64,000 nucleotides of DNA from Acidimicrobiia bacterium (GTDB lineage Bacteria > Actinomycetota > Acidimicrobiia > Acidimicrobiales > Aldehydirespiratoraceae), in the NCBI GenBank assembly GCA_021296315.1, contig JAGWAO010000023.1:19855-83854 (forward strand), written 5' to 3'. Positions 10,990-23,416 of the stretch are shown here, piece after piece; the first letter of the stretch is position 1, and every line of letters starts with the position of its first letter. The notes below the pieces were generated by a model. It made no database searches. It worked only from the letters and a program-made list of their open reading frames with translations, and was not told the origin of the DNA. The position numbers and the translations under genes are program-made.

Positions 10990-13269
10990 CTAGCCCGTCA
11001 CGGGCTCGAGGCGGGCGGGAACGTGCTTGTGCCACGGCGTGAGAGCTATCTCATCCTCCCAGCCGAGCGACGTGAGCTCATTGGGGGCGACGCCGGACCG
11101 GAAGTGCTCGCCGTCCTCATCGGGGAAGTCGAGGCCCAAGCCGTTGGGAAGGCTGATATGGCCAGGCTGCATGGCGTCGTCGACACACACGGTCGGCTCC
11201 GCGGTTCCAGCCGCGGTGCGCAGGCGTACGCGGTCGCCGTCGACCAGTCCGTGAGCGGCCGCGTCGGCTGTGCTGACAGCCAGTGCGCCATCGCGATCGG
11301 CCTTGCGCCAGCCGGGATCGCGGAAGATCGTGTTCGCAGTGGACGAGCGGCGCTCTCCCGCCGACAGGACGAGCGGGAACTCAGCGGTGGTATGGCTGGC
11401 CGGCGCGTCGGGCAGAGCACGCAGCAGGTCCACCAGCTGCGGGATGTTGGCGTGGATCTTGTGATCGGTCGAGCCGAGCAAGTCCCAGGCCTGCTCATGC
11501 AGGTGGCTGGTGAACACGACCCCGTCGTCGCTCTCGATGACCTTGTCGAAAAGGGCGTCGCCCAATCCCGTGTCGCCCGGCTCGATTCCGGCGCGCCGAA
11601 CCGCTTCCGGGTAGGCGCCCGCGCACCTCTGAGCCACGAACCACAGCGCCGCCCCCTCAGCGCAGCCCCCGGGCAGGGTCGGACCGAGCGTGCGGTACAG
11701 CACCGCGGCGCCGACTCTGGCGAGCACCGGCTTGGCCTCTACCGCGGCGAAGAACGCGGCTGCGAACTCGGCCCGGCCCTTCGCGGCCGCGGCCCGCACG
11801 GGGGCGAGGTCGTCGGAGGTGTACACCCCCAGCGCCTCCACGAGGCGCGTGTGGATCTCCGGCTCCGAGAGCGTTCCCGGCAGCGGGGGCAGCACCGGCT
11901 TGCGCAGGTAGAAGACGTTGTCGGGGAACTCGAAGTTGAAGAACACCGCCTCGGCCTTCTCGTACTGGCTGGAGGCCGGGAGCACGTAGTCGGCTCGCCG
12001 GGCCGTCTCGGTCATGGCCACATCGATCACCACGGAGAACTCCAGGGCGTCCATTGCCTCACGGAACCGGGGTGAGTCGGCCAGCGAGTGCAGCGGGTTC
12101 GCACTCTCGATGATCATGGCCCGGAAACGGTCGGGATGATCGGCGAGGACCTCCTCTGCGATGGAGTTGCAGGGAATGAGGCCGGCGATGATCGGTGCTC
12201 CGGTCACGGGGGTGACCTTGGGTCGGGTGCGCTTGCCGCCCATGTCGCCGCTGCTCAGCAGGGGCGCGAAGGCGCTGTGAGGGTGGATCGAGCCCGGCTT
12301 GGCGAAGCTGCCCCGCAGGATCCAGATCAGCCGCTGGAGGTACGAGACCAGCGTGGAGTGCGGACCCTGCTGCACGCCCAGATCCTCGAAGATCGCCACC
12401 GATGAAGCCCGCCCGATGCGATGGGCGACCGCCTCCAGCTCGGAGACCGCGATCCCGCAGCGGGCCGCGAAGTCGGCGACCGGCACCTCGCGCACCGCAG
12501 CCAGCACAGGCTCGATCTCCTCGACGTGGTCGGCCACGAAGCCGCGGTCGACCAGGTCGTCGCGCACGATGATCGCCAGGATCGCGGCCACGCAGAACGC
12601 GTCGGTCCCGGGCCGCACCGCCAGATGATGGTCGGCCAGCTCGGCGGTCCTGGTGCGGCGCGGGTCGATCACGATCATGGCGCGCTCGGGATCGTTGGCG
12701 ACGGCCCGCAGAATGCGGCGGGCCTCCGGGAAGCCGTGGCTCTGCCAGGGGTTCTTCCCCAGGAACACTGCCACTTCCGCGTGCTCGAAGTCTGCTCGGG
12801 TGTGGGCCCGGTACAGGCGGGCCTCGACAAAGGCCTCGCCCGTCTTCTCCTGCGCGATGGCATTGGACCGGTACTGCACGCCGAGGGCGTTGGCGACCGC
12901 GCCGCCGTACATGCCGCCGAGGTGGTTGCCCTGCCCGCCGCCGCCGTAGCGGAAGATCGTGGCGCCGCCATAGGTGTCGCGCACCGCGGCCAGGCGCTCG
13001 GCGACTTCGGCAATGGCAGTGTCCCAGTCCACCTCCTCGTAGCTGCCGTCGGGCCGCCGCCGCATCGGCGACGTGAGACGGGCCCGGTGGTTCTGGTAGT
13101 GGTCCAGCCGCAGCGCCTTCTCACAGGTGTAGCCCTTGGAGCTGACATGGTCCTTGTTGCCCCGTATACGGGCGAACCGCCTCCCGTCGAGGCGCACCTC
13201 GATGCCACAGTTCGACTCGCACAGAATGCAGGCGGTCTTGTGCCACACGTGGTCGATCGGTACATCCAT
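10990..13269 (-). CDS. Molybdopterin (bis-MGD) oxidoreductase family protein
   Basis: 759 aa with an N-terminal 4Fe-4S Mo/W-bis-MGD-type Cys cluster (CILCESNCG ... C) followed by molybdopterin oxidoreductase and C-terminal MGD-binding regions. Confidence 0.8.
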   Translation of the reverse strand: MDVPIDHVWHKTACILCESNCGIEVRLDGRRFARIRGNKDHVSSKGYTCEKALRLDHYQNHRARLTSPMRRRPDGSYEEVDWDTAIAEVAERLAAVRDTYGGATIFRYGGGGQGNHLGGMYGGAVANALGVQYRSNAIAQEKTGEAFVEARLYRAHTRADFEHAEVAVFLGKNPWQSHGFPEARRILRAVANDPERAMIVIDPRRTRTAELADHHLAVRPGTDAFCVAAILAIIVRDDLVDRGFVADHVEEIEPVLAAVREVPVADFAARCGIAVSELEAVAHRIGRASSVAIFEDLGVQQGPHSTLVSYLQRLIWILRGSFAKPGSIHPHSAFAPLLSSGDMGGKRTRPKVTPVTGAPIIAGLIPCNSIAEEVLADHPDRFRAMIIESANPLHSLADSPRFREAMDALEFSVVIDVAMTETARRADYVLPASSQYEKAEAVFFNFEFPDNVFYLRKPVLPPLPGTLSEPEIHTRLVEALGVYTSDDLAPVRAAAAKGRAEFAAAFFAAVEAKPVLARVGAAVLYRTLGPTLPGGCAEGAALWFVAQRCAGAYPEAVRRAGIEPGDTGLGDALFDKVIESDDGVVFTSHLHEQAWDLLGSTDHKIHANIPQLVDLLRALPDAPASHTTAEFPLVLSAGERRSSTANTIFRDPGWRKADRDGALAVSTADAAAHGLVDGDRVRLRTAAGTAEPTVCVDDAMQPGHISLPNGLGLDFPDEDGEHFRSGVAPNELTSLGWEDEIALTPWHKHVPARLEPVTG

Positions 13270-13340
13270 GGCGGCTACGGTAACCGGGTCATCCGCCGGC
13301 GCAGGGTCGGCACCCCGCAGGCGAGATCATGAACAAGATA

Positions 13341-13354
13341 TGAACATATGTTCG
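13341..13354. promoter_or_regulatory. LexA (SOS) box of the Gram-positive/actinobacterial GAAC-N4-GTTC type
   Basis: TGAACATATGTTCG is a perfect palindrome 35 nt upstream of the uvrA GTG. A TAGAGT -10-like hexamer at 13377-13382 lies 6 nt before the start codon. Confidence 0.8.
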
Positions 13355-13388
13355 CCAGGCTCACGACGGCAACGGGTAGAGTCTGAAC

Positions 13389-16268
<2,880 letters not shown>

Positions 16269-16353
16269 CCGGCGTCCTCGTCGTGTTCACTGGTTGCATT
16301 GAGCCTGGTTGCAAGAGCACGCGATCAGACGTCGCAGGGAGCAGGCGCGGAGC

Positions 16354-18225
16354 ATGGGCGCGCTGAAGCGGCCGCCAGCGGGTTCCATCCCGGACGCGCC
16401 CGGGTCCTACCAGTTCCTCGACGCCGAGGGCCGGGTCATCTACGTCGGCAAGGCCAAGAGCCTGCGCTCCCGGCTCAACACCTACTTCGGCTCGCACCTG
16501 CCCCTGCGCACCCGCCAGATGGTGGACGCCGCCGCGTCGGTGGAGTGGATCCAGGTGGCCAACGAGGTCGAGGCCCTGATGCTCGAGTTCTCGCTGATCC
16601 AGCGCCACCGGCCCCGGTTCAACGTCCGCTACACCGACGACAAGTCGTACCCGTTCCTGTGCGTGACCACGCTCGACGAGTGGCCCCGGGCCATGGTCAT
16701 GCGGGGCCGGCGGCGCAAGGGCAACCGCTACTTCGGCCCCTACGGCCACGCCTACGCCATCCGCGACACCCTCGACCTGCTGCTGCGGACGTTCCCGATC
16801 AGGACCTGCACCGACGGCAAGTTCCGCCGGTACGCCAGCCTGGGCAAGCCCTGCCTGCTGTACCACATAGAGAAATGCTCGGGGCCGTGCGTCGGCGACG
16901 TGTCCACCGAGGACTATGCCGAGATGGTGGCCGAGTTGCTGCGCTTCCTGGAAGGCGACAGCGACCCGGTGCTGGACCGGCTCGAGTCAGAGATGTCGGC
17001 CGCGGCCGACGAACTGGACTACGAGCGGGCCGCCCGGCTGCGGGACCGGCTGGCCGCGGTGCTCAAGGCAGTGGAGACCCAGCAGATGGTGGGCTCCCGC
17101 AACGAGGACTTCGACGTGATCGGCCTCGTGGATGACGCCCTAGAGGCCGCAGTGCAGGTGTTCTTCGTGCGCCGGGGCCGGGTGATGGGACGCCGGGGCT
17201 TCATGATCGACAAGGCTGAGGACCTCGACCGGGCCGAGCTGGTGAGCCGGGCGCTGGAGCGCCTGTACTTCGACGACAACCCGCTGGGCTGGCCCAAGCT
17301 CGTGCTGACCCCCGATACGCCGGCCGAGGTCGGTCTCTACACCGAGTGGCTGAGCGAGATGCGGGGCTCTCGAGTCGAGATCCGGGTGCCGCAACGGGGC
17401 TCCAAGCGGGCCCTGCAAGCCACCGTGATCCGCAACGCCGAGGAGTCGTTCACGCGTCATCGGCTCAAGCGCAGCACCGACCACAACAGCCGGGCCCGGG
17501 CCCTCAACGAGCTCCAGCAGCACCTTGGATTGGCCGAGGCGCCACTGAGGGTCGAGTGCTACGACATGAGCCACCTGTCCGGGCAGGACTACGTGGGCTC
17601 AATGGTGGTGCTTGAGGACGGCCTGCCCAAGAAGGCGGACTACCGAAGGTTCAAGATCCGCACAGTGCCGGGCAACGACGACTTCGCGGCCATGCACGAA
17701 GTGCTGACCCGGCGTCTGACCGGCTACCTGGAGCAGCGGGCCCGGCCGGTGGCCGAGCGCGACGGAAGATTCAGTTACCCCCCTCAGTTGCTGCTGGTGG
17801 ACGGCGGCAGGGGACAATTGGGCGTGGCCGTGCGGGTGCTGGAAGAACTCGGCCTGGACGAAGAGATCCCCGCGGCGGCCCTGGCCAAGCAGTTCGAGGA
17901 GGTCTTCGTGCCCGGCCGGGCCGAGCCGGTGCGCATCCCGCGCCAGTCGGAGGCCCTGTACATGCTGCAACGCGTCCGCGACGAGAGCCACCGCTTCGCG
18001 ATCGAGTATCACCGCAGGCTTCGGGGCAAGCGCATGACCAGTTCCGCCCTAGACGGCATCGCCGGCCTCGGACCGGTCCGCAAGGCCCGCCTCACCAATG
18101 AGCTAGGGGGTGTGCGAGCCGTCCAGCGGGCGCAACTGCACGAGCTGAAGGCCCTGCGATGGCTGCCTGACGCGGTCGCCGAGAACGTCCACGCCGCGCT
18201 CCGCGCCAGCAGCCGGGGCGCCTGA
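16354..18225 (+). CDS. uvrC: Excinuclease ABC subunit C
   Basis: GIY-YIG N-terminus (GSYQFLDAEGRVIYVGKAKSLRSRL), UVR motif (YERAARLRDRL) and C-terminal endonuclease/HhH region. ATG 16354, with GGGAGCAGG upstream, is preferred over the TTG at 16309. Confidence 0.95.
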   Translation: MGALKRPPAGSIPDAPGSYQFLDAEGRVIYVGKAKSLRSRLNTYFGSHLPLRTRQMVDAAASVEWIQVANEVEALMLEFSLIQRHRPRFNVRYTDDKSYPFLCVTTLDEWPRAMVMRGRRRKGNRYFGPYGHAYAIRDTLDLLLRTFPIRTCTDGKFRRYASLGKPCLLYHIEKCSGPCVGDVSTEDYAEMVAELLRFLEGDSDPVLDRLESEMSAAADELDYERAARLRDRLAAVLKAVETQQMVGSRNEDFDVIGLVDDALEAAVQVFFVRRGRVMGRRGFMIDKAEDLDRAELVSRALERLYFDDNPLGWPKLVLTPDTPAEVGLYTEWLSEMRGSRVEIRVPQRGSKRALQATVIRNAEESFTRHRLKRSTDHNSRARALNELQQHLGLAEAPLRVECYDMSHLSGQDYVGSMVVLEDGLPKKADYRRFKIRTVPGNDDFAAMHEVLTRRLTGYLEQRARPVAERDGRFSYPPQLLLVDGGRGQLGVAVRVLEELGLDEEIPAAALAKQFEEVFVPGRAEPVRIPRQSEALYMLQRVRDESHRFAIEYHRRLRGKRMTSSALDGIAGLGPVRKARLTNELGGVRAVQRAQLHELKALRWLPDAVAENVHAALRASSRGA

Positions 18226-18230
18226 ACATC

Positions 18231-18485
18231 ATGCGTGCGCTGGGCGCGGTCGCACAGGTCTCCCTTCAGTCCGCGGTGCGAGTGATCCTGCTGCCGCTGG
18301 TGGCGGTGGAACTCGGCAGGGGCCCGGGCGTGTCGAGGGTCATCGTCGCGTCGCTCGTCGTGTGCGCGGTGGTCACCGCGGCCTCGTCGAAGTCATCACC
18401 GCGGTGGTGGATGCGATATGAGGGGGCCGCGAGCGGCGCTCATGGTCACGTCTACGCTGCCCGCATTGCCCGTACTGCCGGTTAG
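18231..18485 (+). CDS. Possible small hydrophobic protein (84 aa)
   Basis: The ORF exactly fills the uvrC-SDR gap and has hydrophobic stretches. No homology was recognised, and it could be a chance high-GC ORF. Confidence 0.25.
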   Translation: MRALGAVAQVSLQSAVRVILLPLVAVELGRGPGVSRVIVASLVVCAVVTAASSKSSPRWWMRYEGAASGAHGHVYAARIARTAG

Positions 18486-18497
18486 GGAGGTGGGCAG

Positions 18498-19301
18498 ATG
18501 CACGACTCCTTGAGGGGCAAGGTTGTTCTTGTCACCGGGGCCGGCCGGGGCATAGGCAGGGCCATCGCCGAGCGCTTCGCCGCGGCTGGCTCGGCGGTGG
18601 CCGCGAACGACATCGACGGCGACGCCGCGGCCGCCACAGCAGAGACAATCCGCAGCGGCAACGGCACCGCGATGGCGGTTCAGGCCGACGTGTCGGAGAG
18701 CGCGCAGGTGGGCGCCATGGTGGACACGATCATGACCGCCCACGGCCGGATCGACGTGCTGGTCAACAACGCCGGGATCGTGAGTCCCATGCTCCACTTC
18801 TTCGATGCGACCGAGGAATGGTGGCGGCGCATCGTCGACGTCAACCTGACCGGGCACTTCCTGGTGTCGCACCCGGTGGCCCGCATCATGGCTACCCAGG
18901 GCGGCGGCAGCATCATCAACATGAGCTCCGGCGGCGCCACCCGGGCCCACCGGTCGTTCACCGCCTACGACGCCACCAAGGGCGGGATCGAGGCCCTAAC
19001 CCGGGCGATGGCGTTGGACCTGGGCCCCTACAACGTACGGGTCAACGCGCTGGTGCCGGGTGCCATCGACACCAGCGGCATGACAAGCGACCAGCGGGCG
19101 CTCCGGGGCGAGAACGTTCCGCTGGGCCGGATCGGCGAGCCTTTCGATCTGACCGGCGGCGCGCTCTTCCTGGCATCCGACGACGCCGGCTACATCACCG
19201 GAGAGACGCTGCGGGTGGACGGCGGGATGCTGGCCCAGCAGCGCTCCGCGACCGTCGACGTCGTCCCGCCCAGCACGTTCCCTGCGATCGAGGACCTGTA
19301 G
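18498..19301 (+). CDS. SDR-family oxidoreductase (FabG-like)
   Basis: TGAGRGIGRAIA cofactor motif, NNAG, and catalytic YDATKGG (YxxxK). The RBS GGGAGG lies upstream. Confidence 0.85.
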   Translation: MHDSLRGKVVLVTGAGRGIGRAIAERFAAAGSAVAANDIDGDAAAATAETIRSGNGTAMAVQADVSESAQVGAMVDTIMTAHGRIDVLVNNAGIVSPMLHFFDATEEWWRRIVDVNLTGHFLVSHPVARIMATQGGGSIINMSSGGATRAHRSFTAYDATKGGIEALTRAMALDLGPYNVRVNALVPGAIDTSGMTSDQRALRGENVPLGRIGEPFDLTGGALFLASDDAGYITGETLRVDGGMLAQQRSATVDVVPPSTFPAIEDL

Positions 19302-19377
19302 AGGTGGAGCGAGTGGCGGCCGGGGTGAACATCGCAGTGTCATGCGACCTCGACGCGACGGCCGAGGATCTGTAGCC

Positions 19378-21990
19378 GTGGAGCGAGCCGTGGCCGCGCC
19401 CCGGGTCGGTGTCGACGTCGGCGGCACGTTCACCGACGTCGCCCTCGAGCGCGCTGACGGGACGTTCGCGTCCATCAAGGTGCTCACCACTCACCAGCGG
19501 CCCGAGGAGGGGATTCTCGCGGGAGTCTCGTCCGTCGCCGACCGCGAGCGCGTTCAAATGGACGAGATTGCGCAGATCATCCACGGCACCACCCTGGCCA
19601 CCAACGCCCTGATAGAGCGCCGCGGCGCCAAGACGGCGCTGGTGACTACCACCGGGTTCCGCGACGTGATCGAGACCCGCACCGAGAGCCGTTTCGAGCA
19701 GTACGACCTGAACATCGTGCTGCCCGCGCCCCTGATCGAGCGCAAGGACCGCTTCGTGGTGCCGGAGAGGATCGGCGCCCGCGGCGAAGTCCTGCTGCCC
19801 TTCGACGAGCGGGCCGCCCGCGAGGTTGTCGCCCGGCTGGTGGACGGCGGATACGAGTCGGTGGCCGTCGGGTTCATGCACAGCTACCGGAACCCGGATC
19901 ACGAGCGCCGCTTCCGGGAGCTGCTGCTCGATGCCGCCCCGTCGGTCGCCGTGTCACTGAGCTGCGAGGTCTCGCCGCAGATGCGCGAGTTCGAAAGGTT
20001 CAACACGGTCTGCGCCAACTCCTACGTTCAGCCGCTGATCGCTACGTACCTGCGGCGACTGGAATCGGAACTGCAGCGCATGGGTGCGATGTGCCCACTG
20101 CTGCTGATCCACTCCGGCGGAGGCCTGATCAGCAGCGACGCGGCGGCCTCGTTCCCCGTGCGCCTCGTCGAGTCGGGCCCGGCCGGGGGAGCGATCTTCG
20201 CGGCGCACCTGGCCCGGGCCCATCGCCGCGACCGGATCGTCTCCTACGACATGGGGGGAACCACCGCGAAGATCGCGCTGATAGAGGACGGCTCGCCCCG
20301 CACGGCCAAGACCTTCGAGACGGCCCGAACCGCCCGCTTCAAGAAGGGCAGCGGGATGCCCATCTCGGTCCCGGCCATCGAGATGATCGAGATCGGCGCG
20401 GGCGGCGGGTCCATAGCGACCGTCGACGCGCTCGGCCAGATACGGGTGGGGCCTCAGAGCGCCGGCGCCGATCCCGGTCCCGCGTGTTACGACCTCGGCG
20501 GGAGGACTGCGACCGTGACCGACGCCAACGTGCGCCTCGGCCGGCTGCACCCGGAGAACTTTCTTGCGCCGGACATCTCGCTGTCACCGGAGTTGGCGAC
20601 CAGCGCCCTCCGCGACTCAGTGGGCATGCCCCTGGGCCTTGACAACGATGGCGCCGCGGTGGGGGTGGCCGAGGTGGTCGACGAGAACATGGCCAACGCG
20701 GCCCGAACCCACGCGGTGGAGAGCGGCAAGGACCTTGCCGGCTACTCGATGGTCGCCTTCGGAGGGGCCGCTCCGCTGCACGCTTGCCACCTGATCGACA
20801 AGCTGGGCATCGACGAGGTGCTGGTGCCGGTCGGCGCGGGCGTCGGCTCAGCCATCGGGTTCCTGCTGGCGCCGTTCTCCTACGAGGCCACCCGCAGCTT
20901 CTACACCACGTCCGACCGCTTCGACACCGGCGGCGTCCGGGCGCTGCTTGCGGAGCTGGCCGCGGAGGCTGAGGCGTTTGTCCGGATGGGCACCGCGGAG
21001 GCGGTGACCGTCGAGCGCGAGGTGCTCATGCGATACCGCGGCCAGGGCTGGGAGATCCCGGTGGCGCTGCCCCACGGCGACTTCGACGAGATCGCAGCGG
21101 GGGAGCTCACCACCACTTTCGTGAAGGCCTACGAGGCATTCTTCGGGCGGGCAATCGAGGGCCTCACCATCGAGGCGGTGAGCTGGTCGGTGCGGGTGTC
21201 CTCGCGGCGCGAGGCGCCGACAGCGATAGAGCCCCTACCGGCGGGCCAGCCCCCGGCAATCGCGGGCACCCGGCTGGTGTACGACCCGGCCGCGGGCAGG
21301 AAGGTGGCCGCCGCTCTGTTCGAGCGGGCTGCCCTCGCCGCCGGTGACACCGTCAACGGCCCGGCGCTGATCACCGAGGACCAGACCACGACGGTGGTCG
21401 GGTCCCAGCACACTGCTGTTGTCCAGCCCGACCTGACCTTGAGGATCACCGGGACGGGCCGGCCGGGCGGCGGTTGGCCGGCAGCGGGCGCGCAGCAACG
21501 CGACGCCGAGCCGGCACGCCCTGCTCGGCCCGTCGGCGTCCCCGCACTGGCACCGGGACCGCGATGCCGGGACGGCAGGCCGCGACGACCCGATGCAGCC
21601 AGCTCCGCAAGCCATCAGGTTCCCGGACGGAGCCGGGACCGCGAGCCATGGGGTCCCGATGCAGATCATGTGGAACCGCCTGATATCGGTAGTCGAGGAG
21701 CAGGCGCTGACCCTGGTGCGGACCGCCTTCTCTACGTCGGTGCGGGAGGCTGGCGATTTGTCGGCTGGAGTGTTCGATCGCAGGGGCCGCCTGATCGCCC
21801 AGGCCGTCACCGGAACGCCGGGCCATGTCAACACCATGGCCGCGTCCCTGGGCCACTTCATCAACGAGATCGGGGCCGAGAGCATGTGCCCCGGCGATGT
21901 GTATCTCACCAACGACCCTTGGAAGGGCACCGGCCACCTCCACGACATCACCGTGGCCACGCCGGTGTTCACCCGAGGCCGAGCGGATAG
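19378..21990 (+). CDS. hyuA: Hydantoinase/oxoprolinase A subunit; no stop codon at the expected C-terminus (about 21455), so the ORF runs on to 21990
   Basis: N-terminal RVGVDVGGTFTDV signature. Homology-like sequence ends at ...GPALITEDQTTTVVGSQHTAVVQPDLTLRI. The following ~180 codons are Pro/Arg/Gly-rich and overlap hyuB. The start is GTG 19378 or ATG 19342. Confidence 0.8.
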   Translation: MERAVAAPRVGVDVGGTFTDVALERADGTFASIKVLTTHQRPEEGILAGVSSVADRERVQMDEIAQIIHGTTLATNALIERRGAKTALVTTTGFRDVIETRTESRFEQYDLNIVLPAPLIERKDRFVVPERIGARGEVLLPFDERAAREVVARLVDGGYESVAVGFMHSYRNPDHERRFRELLLDAAPSVAVSLSCEVSPQMREFERFNTVCANSYVQPLIATYLRRLESELQRMGAMCPLLLIHSGGGLISSDAAASFPVRLVESGPAGGAIFAAHLARAHRRDRIVSYDMGGTTAKIALIEDGSPRTAKTFETARTARFKKGSGMPISVPAIEMIEIGAGGGSIATVDALGQIRVGPQSAGADPGPACYDLGGRTATVTDANVRLGRLHPENFLAPDISLSPELATSALRDSVGMPLGLDNDGAAVGVAEVVDENMANAARTHAVESGKDLAGYSMVAFGGAAPLHACHLIDKLGIDEVLVPVGAGVGSAIGFLLAPFSYEATRSFYTTSDRFDTGGVRALLAELAAEAEAFVRMGTAEAVTVEREVLMRYRGQGWEIPVALPHGDFDEIAAGELTTTFVKAYEAFFGRAIEGLTIEAVSWSVRVSSRREAPTAIEPLPAGQPPAIAGTRLVYDPAAGRKVAAALFERAALAAGDTVNGPALITEDQTTTVVGSQHTAVVQPDLTLRITGTGRPGGGWPAAGAQQRDAEPARPARPVGVPALAPGPRCRDGRPRRPDAASSASHQVPGRSRDREPWGPDADHVEPPDIGSRGAGADPGADRLLYVGAGGWRFVGWSVRSQGPPDRPGRHRNAGPCQHHGRVPGPLHQRDRGREHVPRRCVSHQRPLEGHRPPPRHHRGHAGVHPRPSG

Positions 21991-23404
21991 GCGAGCGAGT
22001 CCGGCTCATACGGGTGAGGCCGCGGCCCGAGCGGCCCGAGAGGCCAGCGAACAAGAGCGGGAGACACCCCCTGGCAACGCGACGGGCTCGCACCTACCCG
22101 CGCACGCTCTCGGCGATCACTCGGATGAACCCAAAGATCTCATCGGCTTCTTCGCGTCGACCGCGCACGTGGTCGACATCGGCGGCCGCGGCTTCGGTCC
22201 CGACGCCCGCGAGCTGTACGAGGAAGGCATCCGCATCCCGATCATGAGATGGGCCGAACGGGGACGGCTCAACCGGGATCTGGTCGACATCGTGCGCGCC
22301 AATGTGAGGGAGCCCGACCAGGTGATCGGCGACATCCACGGGCTGGCCGCCTCCAACGAAACCGGTCGCCGGCGGCTGCTCGACATGCTGGGGGAATTCG
22401 GCCTGACCGACCTCGAGGAGTTGGCCGGCTTCGTGTTCGACCGCACACGGCGAGCAACCCTCGACGCGCTGGAGAGGGTCCCCAACGGCGTCTACCGCAA
22501 CACGATGCGGGTAGACGGGTACGGCGATCCGGTCACTCTGGCCGCGGCGGTGACCGTCTCCGATGACGGCATGCACGCCGACTTCACGGGCACGTCGCCG
22601 GTGAGCCCGTTCGGCATCAACGTTCCGATCACCTATGCGCAGGCGTACTTCACCTACGGGATGCTGGTGGCGCTGGCTCCAGAGCTGCCCAACAACTACG
22701 CCTCCCTGCTGCCCTTCACGGTGAGCGCTCCACCCGGTGCGATCCTCAACGCGGTGGAGCCCGACCCGGTGGCCGTGCGCCACGTGATCGGCCACTTCGT
22801 GACCGATCTGTGCCTGGGAGCGATCGCCCCGGCACTGCCCGACATCGTTCCGGCCGAGGGTTCCGGAGCGCTGTGGAACTTCCAGGCCAGCGCCCGCAGC
22901 GCCGATCCCGGGGACCCGCGGCCGCCGGTGGAGATGCTGATGTTCAACAGCGGCGGCAGCGGCGCCCGGCCCGGCCGCGACGGGCTCACCGCCACCGCCT
23001 TCCCGTCGGGTGTGAGGACCATGAGCGTCGAGGCCACCGAGCAGGTCGGCCCGATCGTGGTGTGGCGCAAGGAGATGCGACCGGACAGCGGCGGAGCGGG
23101 CCGGTTCCGGGGCGGCTTGGGTCAGGTGATCGAGATCGCCCCGGCCGACGGGTACCTGTTCGAGTTCTCGGCCATGTTCGACCGGGTCGACAACCCGGCC
23201 CGGGGCCGGGCGGGCGGCCTCGACGGCACGGTTGGCGGGGTGCGCCTCGACGACGGCACACCGTTCGGGTCCAAGGGCAAGCAGACCGTGCCTGCGGGCC
23301 GGCGGCTCATCCTGGAGCTACCCGGCGGCGGGGGATTCGGCGACCCGGCGGAGCGCGACCCGGCCGCGGCCGCCAACGACCTGGCCCAGGGCTACGTGAC
23401 TTGA
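21593..23404 (+). CDS. hyuB: Hydantoinase B/oxoprolinase subunit carrying an in-frame repeat-element insertion
   Basis: HyuB-like N-terminus (MWNRLISVVEEQALTLVRTAFS), DPWKGTGHLHDITVATPVF, then about 46 foreign codons, then LIGFFASTAHVVDIGG and the rest of the family-typical sequence. Confidence 0.85.
   Translation: MQPAPQAIRFPDGAGTASHGVPMQIMWNRLISVVEEQALTLVRTAFSTSVREAGDLSAGVFDRRGRLIAQAVTGTPGHVNTMAASLGHFINEIGAESMCPGDVYLTNDPWKGTGHLHDITVATPVFTRGRADRRASPAHTGEAAARAAREASEQERETPPGNATGSHLPAHALGDHSDEPKDLIGFFASTAHVVDIGGRGFGPDARELYEEGIRIPIMRWAERGRLNRDLVDIVRANVREPDQVIGDIHGLAASNETGRRRLLDMLGEFGLTDLEELAGFVFDRTRRATLDALERVPNGVYRNTMRVDGYGDPVTLAAAVTVSDDGMHADFTGTSPVSPFGINVPITYAQAYFTYGMLVALAPELPNNYASLLPFTVSAPPGAILNAVEPDPVAVRHVIGHFVTDLCLGAIAPALPDIVPAEGSGALWNFQASARSADPGDPRPPVEMLMFNSGGSGARPGRDGLTATAFPSGVRTMSVEATEQVGPIVVWRKEMRPDSGGAGRFRGGLGQVIEIAPADGYLFEFSAMFDRVDNPARGRAGGLDGTVGGVRLDDGTPFGSKGKQTVPAGRRLILELPGGGGFGDPAERDPAAAANDLAQGYVT
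21975..22112 (+). mobile_element. GAGCG-rich MITE-like repeat, copy B (inside the hyuB coding sequence, 138 bp)
   Basis: GAGGCCGAGCGGATAGGCGAGCG...CATACGGGTGAGGCCGCGGCCCGAGCGGCCCGAGAGGCCAGCGAACAAGAGCGGGAG...CACCTACCCGCGCACGCTCT is colinear with copies C, D and E. Confidence 0.85.
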
Positions 23405-23416
23405 AGCACGCGTCTC

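Noticed and set aside
16290-16313. Direct repeat CTGGTTGCA twice in the uvrA-uvrC spacer, considered as a regulatory site
   Set aside because: It is only a 9-bp direct repeat with no palindromic character and no known motif match. It may simply contain -35-like TTGCA hexamers, which is too weak to call.
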